64,000 nucleotides of DNA from Lama guanicoe (lineage: Eukaryota): NCBI GenBank assembly GCA_013239625.1, contig MU053933.1, positions 1,759,026 to 1,823,025 on the forward strand. The letters run 5' to 3'. Of the stretch, positions 23,578 to 35,100 are shown piece after piece. The notes below the pieces were generated by a model. That model had not been told where the DNA came from and did not search any database. It worked only from the letters and a program-made list of their open reading frames with translations. A program made the position numbers and the translations under genes. The stretch's first letter is position 1. Each line of letters opens with the position of its first letter.

Positions 23578-26500
23578 TTGTAGTTTTGCTTTGCATAAAA
23601 TCTTTTTTTTAAGTATGTGACTTCTGGTGCCTCTTTAATGGCAAATGTGACATTTTAAATCTTTATGAATGTCCTTGTTCATCCTTTGAGGTTTGTGTCT
23701 CATTAAAAAGCACTGTTAAACACCGACAGATTCTGGAGTTTGTGGTGGAGACGCCGTCCCCACGCTCCCCCAGGCGTCCCTGTCATGCTGGGTTGGGGTG
23801 GGGGTCATGGAGAGAAAGCCTGCAGGAGGGTGAGCCCCCCCCCAGCAGCTCTGGGACCTCACACTCTCCCCAGCTGTGCGGTTTCCCCCGGCTCTCAGCT
23901 CCTCCAACCAGCTCCTCCCTCGGTGTCTGCCCCAGGGAGCTGAGGGCTGCATCCCACACCGCTGCAGGCACCCGCCTCACCTGATTTTTTGTTAATTGTC
24001 CTGTGACATCAGATGCCCCATGGGGCCAAGAGAAGTGGTCAGCTTGCAGTTTGTCTGGCTTTATCCTGTTGCAGGGCTGGAGTGACAACCACTCCCAAGG
24101 GGAAACCAGGGCTCAATGTGACATTTTAAATTGTGAAATATATTGTCCATGTAGAAAAGTCCATTAACAGCCAGTTTATTGAATAATTAGAAAGCAAACA
24201 TCCACCTGTTTCTCTAAGTAAAATGTCACTATTATAGAGGGCAGGTCATTGTCACAAAACTACATCCGAGGCAACTTAGCCATGCCTGTCGTGTGGGGGC
24301 GTGTGCGCACGTGTGCCTGCCTGTGTGTGCCTGCGTGTGTGTGCCACCGGCTGCAGCCCCGGTGTGAGGGATGCCTGCTGAGTCCTCGGGCCCGGAGGCT
24401 TGTCACCGGTCCCTGGAAGCCCTTCCCATCCTTCCCACCCCCACCACAAGGGTCACTGCTGCTCAGGCCAGTAAAACCATCACCACCACCTCGGAAGGAC
24501 AAAAGATTCTGGAGCTCAGAGAACTGGTGCTTGTGGGCAGTGGGGCCCTCGTCTCTGAGGGTCCGCCTGCCCCGTCGGCTTGCCCACTGGCCCGCCCTCC
24601 CACCATTTCCACGATGGAAGCAGACCCTCCTCCCAGGGGAAACAGCAGCACTTCACCACCCCTGTCCTTGGCCTGTGGTTCCCAGGCCTTCTCGTAGCAA
24701 CTGGCAGTGGCGAGAGAGGGTTCTGGCCTCCTTCAGAGGTGGTCTGGGACCCAGGGACCCTTTGATACACATGACTCCTCCAGCAGCCTGCAGTCAGGGT
24801 GGGTGCCGGCCGTGTGTGACCCCTGCCTTTCAGCCTGGGCAGCCAGTTCCTTGCCTGACCTTTGCTGGCCGGGGCAAGGCCCCGGATGCCCCTGGTGGGG
24901 GCTGCAAGGACGGGCAGCTTCCTCTGCTGAGTCCTTTCTCCCTCCAGCCTGTGCAGCCCCCACCCCAACCCCACTGGCCTGTGGGGAGCTTGGCAGGGTC
25001 TGGAGATTCTCCATGAGATCGTCCGGCCAAGGGCTGCATGGGCTGTCCTGTCACGTTGCTCTTTCAGGAAGCTTTGCACGGAGATCGCCACACTGATGTG
25101 GGAGTGGCACGAGATTAGGAAGTCATGCCACCGTTATCACAAATGTACGTAGTAAATCTGAGCATCCGTGTAGCGAACTTGGATGGAGCAGCCGTGTGTT
25201 GGGCACCAGGCCCACGGGAGTGAGAGGAACAGAACTGATGGGCCCAGGGGACAGAAATGGTGAGCTCTGGTCCCCCCGGCCTCTTGAGGGGCAGTTGCTG
25301 GCACGGTTTCAGCCACACACCGATGCCCACAAGGACCCGGGGTCTTCCCCCTCCGCTCGCAGTGTGGGTCCCTCCATGCTCTTAAGGGGGCTGCCGCAGA
25401 CGCCCCTTCCTCACTCAAGGAGGCAGAAGAGTGAGGGGCTGTGCCAGGGGGATTTGTCCTGGGTGTTAGGGAAGCAGACGCCTCCTGGGAGCCCTGGGTG
25501 GCCCAGTGCCTGGGACTGGGCCATGTGCCTACCCTGCGTCGGTGGCTCAAACTGGGCGTGGAGTTACTACCTCTCTGCCTTAGGTCTGGGGCTGGGGGTC
25601 CCCTCCCCTCCCAGAGGTCGAGCAGAACTCTCCTATGAGGGGGTTTTGTGAGGGAGGCCTGGAGGGGCCGTTCTGATGGGCATTTCATGGCGGTTGAGAG
25701 AGGTTAACGCCAGAAGAGCTTCCTGAGCCCAGCAGTGGTTTTAGGTCGACTTCGTGTTCTGTTTATTGTCACATGTCTGACTCAGCTGAAGTGCAGGCTG
25801 GCCTTAAGACAAACGCACAGGACAGTCAGTCGTCCCCAGGTGGCCCCAGGGGCCAGCTGCCGGGCTGCTGGGGGCCCCCACATCCTCACTGCCCGGCTTC
25901 CTGAACTCCTCCACTGTCCCAAGTGACCATCTGGGGCCAGTGACCTGGATCCATTAAGTCAGAAAGAAAGAAATCTTTCTATTGTCTTAGCCCCTCCGAA
26001 TTACTTCAGGTGGAACCACTCATTGAACATTATTAGAATATTGACTCCTGTAAATTGTACCAGTTTTACTCCTTTCAACAGTACTGGACTCTCTTACTGT
26101 TTGTAGCAGCATTTCAGTTGCAGTGGATTCCCCTGGGTTTATGTAACACAAACCCGCCCGCGGCGAATGGTGATGCTCTTACCCCCTCTTGTCGCTTCTC
26201 AGACGTCTTGGCAACTTCAGACGCTGTTGAGGGCAGACCAGCAATGGATCATTATTAGCACAAAAATACATCATATTTTTCAACCTTACTGAAAGCTGAG
26301 ATGGTCCCTGTAAGTGAATTTACCCAAGAAATGACGCTAGACTCTTTAAACCTCCAGATAGGACTGTGTCTGTCTACTCTAAAATTTTTCTTTGACTCAT
26401 GGGAATACCTCCCCGGCTCCCCGCCGTCTCTGGCACCAGTGAGCACGGCGCACTGTCGGCGCCGGGTGAGGTCGGCGGGACAACAGTCACTGCATTATGT

Positions 26501-27134
26501 TCTCACCCGTGATGTCACCGCGGGCACTGGGTCTGCAGAGCTGCCCCATGCTCGACGCCCCGTGGTGGCGCAGCCTCAGGTCCTGGGCTTGCCTCCGTCC
26601 TCAGGCTGCGTCAGCAGGATGTCTGCCTCCAGCACCCCCCACCCCGACTTTTCTCATCTGGCGCTTCAGATTGGCTATGGGCCAGGAGACCACCCAGTCC
26701 CGCTTGTCCGAGCTGTGTTGAAAGCAGGAGTGAGGAAGAACCTGTCTAGGAGCTGAGAACCCTACCTTGTGAGGTGTGCTTGCCCCCTGACCCCAGCTGG
26801 CTGCTCAGGGAGCGCTGAGGGCTTGTTCCCGTTCTTGGCTGTGTTCTGAACAGGAACCATTGCCACCTGAATTATCTTAAGATGCTTTTAAAATGCTTGA
26901 GATAAGATTATGTCTCTACTGCCCCATGTTTCCAATAGTCAGTCCTGCTCACAGACTTTCTCATCCAGTATCTCCTGGCTCAGCAACAGCAAAACTATCC
27001 ACAGCAGAACAAAAACCTAGGGCTTGTCCCAGTATGTTCCCCCGGTGCAGCCAGCCGGCACGGCCTTGCCGCTCTGCTGCCTCCTAGCAGACCAGGTCAG
27101 CTCTGCTTGCTGTACACATAGACACTCAAATATG

Positions 27135-27370
27135 GGACAGATGGATGGATGGGTGGATGGATGGATGAGTGTGAGTGGATGGCTGGGCAGGTGGGTGGAT
27201 GGAAAGAGGGGTGAGTGGGTGGGTGGAAAGAGGATGAGTGGGTGGTTGGATGGGCAAGGTGGGTGGGTGGGTAGATGGAAGGAAGGATGAATGGATGGGT
27301 GGGTGGGTGGATGGACAGGTAGGTCAGTGAATGAGGCAGAGGAGGGGAAGAAAGGAAGGAGGGAAGGTGA
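27135..27370 (+). repeat. (GGAT/GGGT)n degenerate purine-rich microsatellite, probably an expanded L2 tail
   Basis: Visible tandem GGAT/GGGT/GGAA units, preceded by an L2-end-like 'cacatagacactcaaatat'. Confidence 0.85.
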
Positions 27371-28311
27371 CATCCATTCCTTGGTTTTCCTGCATTATGG
27401 ACTTGGAGTTTGGGTCACATGTAACTGAACACTTCTTTCTAATCCTAAACCAGACTTCCTAGCTGGAACATCCAAAGCGAGGCACTTTCGGCATATTTAG
27501 TGTCTTCTCCCTTCACCAGGCACTGTGTGCACAAGGGCAGTTGCTCAGGAGACACGCTCCGACAGGGCAGGGTGAGCTGCCGGCTGTGACCACAGCTCCG
27601 AGGGGTGACTGGTCCTGGAATTGTTGTCAGTGACGATGCCTTGGCCTTGGATCTCAGGAACCAGGGCAGCAGGTCCACTGAAGCAGTGTCCCCAGGGCCG
27701 GCCAGTTCCTGCTCCAGCGCAGGTTCAGACGCCCGGCTGTGGGGCAGGGCCTACTTGTTGCAGGCTGAGGGGGCAGCCCAGATCGGGCGCTGCTCCCCGA
27801 GGTGTATGATTAGACCCTGCTGGCGGAGGCTGGGGGGACTGACACGGGCCCTGTGTATCAGTGAGGCAGCAGTCTTCCACGTGCAGAGGGCTGTGGCCTT
27901 CTCTACCTGGAATGAAGGAACAGAGGGACCTGGCCGCCACTCTGGGTGTGGGGAGGATGGCAGGCCCTCAACCTCAACTTCTGTTTCTATGGAAAGACTC
28001 TTGGAAGGGTGGGGTTTTGGCAAAGATGAGGGGTGCCTGGGAAGGAGATCTGAAGGTCAGAGCATCTGACTGGAGGCTAGTTTTTGAGGAAGAGGGACAA
28101 AGGGACCAATGCCGGGAAGAGCGAGTCCTGCGGGCGTCTGGCGGTGGGCCCTGAGGCCGGGCAGGGGGCCGAGGAGCCTGCCCTTGAGCAGGGCAAGGCT
28201 GGGCCAGGGTCGTGGCAGGCCCCGGGTCTCGGGCGGCGGGACGTGGCGGGGGGGCTTGTGCACGTCCAGGGTTGCGGGACCCGGGAGCAAGGCCTATATC
28301 TTGGTGAGAGG

Positions 28312-28659
28312 TGTGCTCATCCTCCCGGGGCCGTGCTTCGGCCCCACAGGCCGGGGGCTTACACAGACATTGCTTCTCTCAGCCCTGGGGGCCAGACGCC
28401 TGAGACCAGGGTGTCAGCAGGGCTGGTCCTTCTGAGGGGGGAGCACGTGTCCACTTGCAGGTGCCACCTCCTCTGTGTCCTTATGGGGCCCTCCCTCCCT
28501 GCAGGTCTGCATCCTTACCTCTTCTCACAAGGAGGCTGGGCAGGTTGGAGCAGAGCCGCCCTGACGGCCTCGCTGAACTTGACCCCATTGTGGAGGCCTC
28601 ACTCCGAGGTACTGGACCCCAACATACCCTTTTGAGGGAGCACAGTTCACCCCTAACAA
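28312..28659 (-). mobile_element. MaLR solo LTR (MLT1B/C-like), diverged
   Basis: 'ctgagaccagggtgtcagcagggctggtccttctgagg...gaggtactgg...caacatac..tttgaggg..cacagttcacccctaaca'. Confidence 0.65.
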
Positions 28660-28910
28660 GAAGCGCCCGAGTTAAGGCTGGGAGCGGCCAGGGCAGAGCC
28701 TCGCCTGGCATGGGGTGATGCTCAGTGATCCCACGGGGCTCGGGTCCCAGCTCTTCCCTCACCCCCGGCCCTGAGCCCCCGGCAACGTGGTGACAGGATC
28801 CATGGGCTCAGAGTTCGCAGCAGAAGCCCCTGGAGGGGCAGTGTCAGAACCAGAGCTGGGAGGAGGGTCCAGCTGGGGCTCCCAGGCCTCCCATCCTCTC
28901 CGGGACTCAT

Positions 28911-28995
28911 GTTAAATGCAATTCAACTTAACAGTATCTTCAACTTGTAATGAGTTTATCCAGATGTCGTCCCATTGTAAGTCAAGGAAGATCTG
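28911..28995. mobile_element. Tigger-family (MER47-like) terminal fragment
   Basis: 'ttaaatgcaattcaactt...ttcaacttgtaatgagtttatc...cccattgtaagtcaaggaagatctg' followed by a TA target dinucleotide. Confidence 0.6.
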
Positions 28996-30544
28996 TATAT
29001 TTAAAAAGTAAAACTTCCTGAAATGCCAGAATTTATACCCCTTGTATATTTAAACTTGGGTTTAAAAATATAGAAATCAACTTAAAATTGTCTGGTGATA
29101 CATAATTTAAACATAATTTTTTGAAGGGGTGCTCTTGAGGGCTCTGAGCCAGTGCTTTCCCACCTGCGGGTCTGCAGGCCTTGAGGGAGCCAGGGAGAGT
29201 GGGGGGAGCGGGGCGTCTTCCTACCACCGCCCTCTGCAGGGGGGCTGGTTGGCCTGCCATTGGTGAAGGGCCTCCCAGTTAGCGCATGTGACTGACGTGT
29301 TATCACGGTAGGCAGACCCCACTGCACCAGAGGTAGGGGGCCAAGTGACAGCCATGTCCAAGCAGATGATGGACTCTGGGTGCTCTGTAGGGGAGGGCAG
29401 GTGGGAGGGGCCCTGGACTGCAGCCGCTGGCGTTCCTTGGGATGGAGTCTGCCCCAGGGAGCACTGAAGTCAGACCCACCTCTGGGCATGGAGGGTGGAC
29501 TGACAACCCCGGCAGGTGGTCCACAGCAGGGAGGGCGGCCGCAGCCAGGAGCCCCCGTCAGGCTCACGCCCGGAGCAGGGGTCGGTTGGGGGGAGGTCGG
29601 CAGTCGGTTGAGGGGGGGTCGGCAGACAGCGGCAGGGCCTGCCCAGATGGTTCATCTTCCATCTCCACCTGCCTGTCACCCCCTGGAGCAGACAGCAGGC
29701 CATTATGGCCCCAGGTAACGTGGGAGCATTTGCTCCAGCAGAGATACGCCGCCGAGGGCCGAGGCCACCCGTGAAGGAGTCCTGTCAGGCTTGGCTCCCG
29801 CTTGCTCCTGGACCAGGAGGTAGTGAACCTGACTGGGTCATGAAGAAGACTGGCGGTCAGAACTGAGCTTCTGGGCCCCGGCCAGCCCACACCAGGCCAG
29901 GAGCCCTTGCCAGGGCTCACATAGCCCCGCTGGACCCCACGCCCGTGTCACGGGAGAGCGCGCTGTGTGGCTGGGCCTTGGCTCCGTGCTGGGCCCCTGG
30001 GACAGACCCCATGTGCCCCTGCTTCTGTGCCCCTCTAGGAAAGGAAGACGGATCCGCCGTCAGAAAGCCGAGAGGTGCTGCGGGGGGCGGGGGGCAGGGG
30101 CGCGGACTGGGCAGGGGCGGTGGAGCTGCTTTGTCTAGCTGGGGCAGCGGTCGTCCCTCTGTGCGCGTGTGGATCTGGCCTCGATGAAGCTGGCTCTCTG
30201 TCAGTCTTGTGCCTGGTGCCCTAATGATGGAATCTGCTTCTAACAGCGTCACAGCTGATGGGCCAATCCTTGAGCTGGCTTTCTGGGGACCCTGGTAATT
30301 GTGGCCTACGTGGTGAAGCCCTGTGCCTGACGTGGAATGGTGGGAGGGGGTGCAGAGAGCCTGCCAGGTGCAGGTCGGGGGCCAGAGGCCGGGCGGCATC
30401 GTCAGGTCTGGTCAAAGCCATTGTCTCTAGTCCCAGAAGGAAGCGGGCCTCGGCCGGACCTGGCTGATGTGTGTGACGCTCTGTTTACAGAGGGTCCCCG
30501 CCCACGGAGGGCCCGCAAGGGAGCGTGGACTCGGGTCTCCTCGC

Positions 30545-30645
30545 CGGAATTGGAGTCCAGCCCTCCCACTCTGTGCTGTGTGGCCCTGAACAAGCCACTT
30601 AGCCTCTGGGCTTCCCTTGCTCGCCCGTCGAAGAGGGGTGGTGAC
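30545..30645 (+). mobile_element. MIR SINE fragment
   Basis: 'gctgtgtggccctgaacaagccacttagcctctgggcttc'. Confidence 0.6.
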
Positions 30646-31614
30646 AGGGTGCCGGGGCCTGGGGGGCTCGGGAGCGGCCCCTGCAGTGCTGTCTCCCCTC
30701 TGCATCCCGGGTGGGCACCCAGTCAGCTGACTCGCCAGAGCAATGGTTCGCTTTCTGCGTTTACGCTCTTGCGACCCACCGTGTAGTGGCAGAGACACCT
30801 CACGTGCATCCCGTCCGAAGGGCCGCCTCCCGGAGGCTCCCAGGCCCAGGCCGGGTCTCAGCCCCTCCCACGTCCTCCAGGACATCCTCCTTCCACGGCC
30901 GCTGGGGCCTGGGGCAGGCAGGGGGCGTCCTGCCTACGACTCAGCCCCGGGAGTCACTGGCCTTGTTGCTGGCACAGTTGGGCATCTCCGGGCACGGGCA
31001 CCTCGGGTGGGGGGCAGCCAGGTCCCTCGTGCCACCGTGTGCTCGGTGTGGCGCACCTGGAAGCCTCCAGAGCCCGCTCCCCCTGCAGCACCAAGGAAAG
31101 CGTGTGGTCACCTCTCCCAAGGACCCAGGGCGGGGCTGGTGGCGGGCGGCCACTGGGATGTCACCAGGCCGGCTCGATGTTGCCAGGGCATGACCCCCAC
31201 TGCCCGTCTGCTTCTGTCCACACAAGGAGTTCAGGGCAGCGCATAGGGCAGGAACCGCCAGGCAAGGCCAGCTTCTGGCTTTGCCTTTGAAGCCAGGAAA
31301 CCGGTGTTGAGGAGAAAGGAGAGGCTGGCTAAGTCCTGGGGTCCCCGCTTCTGCGTCAGAGGCCAAAATGAAAGTTTTTCAGCTAAGAAAGTGCACAACG
31401 GCTCGGGAGTTAAAAGACATTCGTTGAAGTGTTTTTTTGTTGTTGTTGTTGAAGTGTTTTTATAGAGATTTGGTGTGCTGGTTTGATCTTTTAAATAAGA
31501 TGCTAAAAAAGAAAAGAAAAATTACCCATAATGCCTTTACCTGGAGACAATCACTATTAATATTTGTGTACATTTCTGCTAGTCTTTCCTTTCTTCCTTT
31601 CTTGTATGCATGGG

Positions 31615-31686
31615 AGTGTGTGTGTGTGTGTCTGGTGTGTGTGTGTGTGTGTGTGTGTGTGTGGTGTGGCATGGTGTGTGCGTGTG
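31615..31686 (+). repeat. (TG)n imperfect microsatellite about 210 bp upstream of AGPAT3 coding exon 1
   Basis: Directly visible TG runs. Confidence 0.95.
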
Positions 31687-31946
31687 CACATGACACCCGT
31701 GTGAACAGTGTGTGTCCGCTCACCCGTCTACCGTGTGTCACTATAGACGGGACAGATGCAGAGGACACTGCGGGTGAGCTGCTGGCTCACAGGCCCCACA
31801 GGTCTGGCTCTGGCGTGAGGACCGTGGGTTTCTCCTCCGCCTGCAGACCCTCCTCCGGGGGTCCCAGGCACCCCCTGACCACTGCTCCTCCTTCCAGGAC
31901 GGCCGTTCTCAGTGAGGGACCTTGCACGCGCTACTGAGCTGTGGCC

Positions 31947-32124
31947 ATGGGCCTGCTCGCCTTCCTGAAGACCCAGTTCGTCGTGCACCTCCTCATCGGC
32001 TTCGTCTTTGTGGTCAGCGGGCTGGTCATCAACTTCGTCCAGCTCTGCACACTCATCCTCTGGCCCCTGAACAAGCAGCTGTACCGCCGGCTCAACTGCC
32101 GCCTCGCCTACTCGCTCTGGAGCC
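31947..32124 (+). CDS. AGPAT3: AGPAT3 coding exon 1 (exon starts at 31898 including 49 nt of 5' UTR)
   Basis: Acceptor cttccag|G at 31897/31898; Kozak GCCATGG at 31947; [16 protein letters not shown]...AYSLWS; donor C|gtgagt. Confidence 0.97.
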
Positions 32125-35100
32125 GTGAGTGCGGCGGGGACACGTGGCGGGGGGGCGGGGGGCTGGGGGGGCCCTTTCTGCTGGAGGACCCCTGACCCCT
32201 GCGCAGACCAGCCTGATGCTCCCGTGTGCAGGGCCCCCGGGGCTGGATATCCGCTCCTGCTGCGGTGACGGGGGGCAGTGGGCCACCTCTCACTCCCTGA
32301 CCAGGAACTCGGGACGCCGAGGTTGACTCCTGGCCGTAGACGTGCAGGGAGACGCTTGGCCTGAGCTCTTGGTTAGTTGGAGTCATGTGACGTCCCATCC
32401 CTTGACCGTCTGGACCCGCAGAGGCGGCAGTCTCACGTGGTTTCACTGAGAACTTGGGATGTGTGAAAACAAACAACAGTAAGCTGAGCTCATGGCTACC
32501 AAGCCCTAACCACTGCCAGGGCGTGGCCAGTCTCGTGTCCCCTCTGCCCCAGCCTCCCCGGCTCCGGAGCGCTGTGAGGCCACCCTCGTGTGGCCTGTCA
32601 CTTCACGTGTCAGTGTTTCAGCATCCTTCTCTGAAAGAAGACTCTCACCCGTCTCTTAAATACACGTGTGCAGACGTGTGCAGGTGTCACCTGTATGCAC
32701 TTGTGATGTGTGTGCGTTTGTACATATACAATCAGTCTTCGCCCGTCAGATGGACGGAGACTTAAAAGCCTGGTAGCAACACCCACTGCTGACGACGGTG
32801 GACGCTCACACTGTGGGTCTGGGTGACAAGGCACATCTTTGGTCGGCAGCTTTGGTCAGGAGTGATCAGCAAGTTAAAACGGTTCATTTTTTGACCCAAT
32901 TTTTCCACAAAATAAGAATGTAACCTAGAAAGATACCTGCAGAAGTACACATGTGCACAGGTAGTCTCGCTTTATCATTTTGATATTAGCACAGAACTTG
33001 GCAGCAGCCTAAATGCCCATGAATGGAGACCAGCTCCGCTCTGTCCGTGGGATGGAATCCTGCACAACCGTCCAGAGCGACAAGGGTGATTTCTCTTTAC
33101 TGGGAGAGGACCACCCTCAAGACACATGTTTAAGTGAAAAAGGAATCTGTAGCACCAACTGCATAGTTGCTACTGTTTCCTTGCTTTTTGAAGATGTGTG
33201 TGTGCTGTGGCTGCACCTGCACAGGAAAACACTGCAGGACGAGCAGAAAACGTGCCTCCGGGGAGCCGAGGAAGGTGGGACACTGCTTATTCAGGGTGTG
33301 CTGTTTAGCAGAAGATCTTAGCAGAAGAGCACGTTTCTTTTACAATAAAGAGAAAGTAACACACGTTTGATGTCGCACGGGCAGCAGTGACTCTGTGCAT
33401 CTGACGCCATCGCCCCGTCACCCCGTCACCCCGCCTAGTGTGGGAGCAGGTAGATGGCAGCTGTGGCGGCTGTGGGGGTGACTGAGCCCAAGTGCATGCA
33501 GCCCCCCTGGGAAGGGACAGCAGTCCCTCCCAGGCTTCTCACCTTAGAAGGGCAGTCGTTTCAATTCCCAGGTGATTTTGTACTAAATAATGGGCTACCT
33601 TTTTCCTGCGTGTGTAAGAGGGAGAGTTAGAAATCCTACCATATAAAGTATACAGATGAGTTATTCATGGGTGTCACTGGGGAGAGGAATGCATAGCAGA
33701 AGGGCAAATACTAGTTAATGAAAGCTGTAGACTCCACTTCCAGCAGTCTTACGAAGGTAAAACACTGCAAGACAGCCAAATTCCTGGGCAGCTGCAAGAA
33801 AGGGGCTGAGTCTAAACCAGAATCCTGAGCACATGAAAAGATGCTCAATGTCACTGTCAGAGAAATACAAATCAGAACTACAATGAGGTATCACCTCAGG
33901 CCAGTCAGAATGGCTGTCATCAAAAAGTCCACAAATGATCAATGCTGGAGGGGATGTGGAGAACAGGGAGCCCTCCCGCACTGCTGGTGAGACTGTAAAT
34001 TGGTGCAGCCATTATGGAAAACAGCATGGAAATTCCTTGAAAAACTAAAAATAGTTACATATGATCCAGCAATCCCACTCCTAGGCATATGTCCGGGAAA
34101 AACTATAATTGAAAAAGACACATACAGCCAGGACACGGAAGCAGCGCAAATGTCTGTTGACAGATGAGTGGATAAAGAAGATGTGGTGTATTTATACAAT
34201 GGAATAATACTTAGCCATAAAAAAGAATGAAATCATGCCATTTGCAGCAACATGGATGGACCTAGAGATCATCACATGAAGTGAGGTAAGTCACAAAGAG
34301 AAAGAAAAACACCATATGACATCACTTACATGTGGAATCTTAAAAATGACACAAACAAACTTATTTACAAAACAGAAACCAACTCACAGACATAGAAAAC
34401 AAACTTATGGTTATCAGAGGGGAAAAGGAGGATAAATTAGGAGTTTAGGATTCACAGATACAAGCTACTATATGGAAAATAAACAGCAGGGTCCTACTGT
34501 ACAGCATAGGGAACTATATTCAATATCTTGTAATAAATTATAATGGAAAGGAATCTGGAAAAGAAATGTATGTATGTATGACTGAATTACTGTGCTATAC
34601 ACCTGAAACTAACAGATCACTGTAAATCAACTGTACTTCAATTAAAAACAAAAACAAAACAGAAGCCTGAGAGATGGCTGACGTGAGAAGCTAGCAGTGC
34701 CCGTGGGTCAGCAGAGGCCAACAGAAGTATGCCCTGGGGGGAAGTGTCTGTAATTCAGGCCTGAGGAAGCACACAGATGAAGGCAAATCATATGTGAGCT
34801 CAGAGAACAACAAACATACAGCAACAGACAGACAAAAGACAGCCCAGGTGACCAGATTTGAAAAACAGCCAAGTAGAACTTCTGTGAATAAAAACTGTGA
34901 TTATAATGTTTTTTGAAGTAAAAAACCTAGTGATTGGATTTTACAACAGATTAGATGCAGCTAACGAGAGAGTAGGTAAACCAGACACAAATGTGAAGAA
35001 GTCATCAGACTGCCGCAGAGTGAGTGACCAGATGAAAAGTACAAAATCTGAGTTAAAGGTGTAAGGCGAGGATGCAGGTCTGTGAAGCCGTCTTGGACCC

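Noticed and set aside
23049..23612. 187-aa hydrophobic ORF antisense to the L1 5' UTR (ORF0-like)
   Set aside because: Non-ATG start, and the hydrophobicity reflects the T-rich antisense strand; there is no support for an ORF0 equivalent.
24249..25016. 255-aa plus-strand ORF
   Set aside because: Non-ATG start, Pro/Cys/Trp-rich translation typical of GC-rich intron, and no exon structure.
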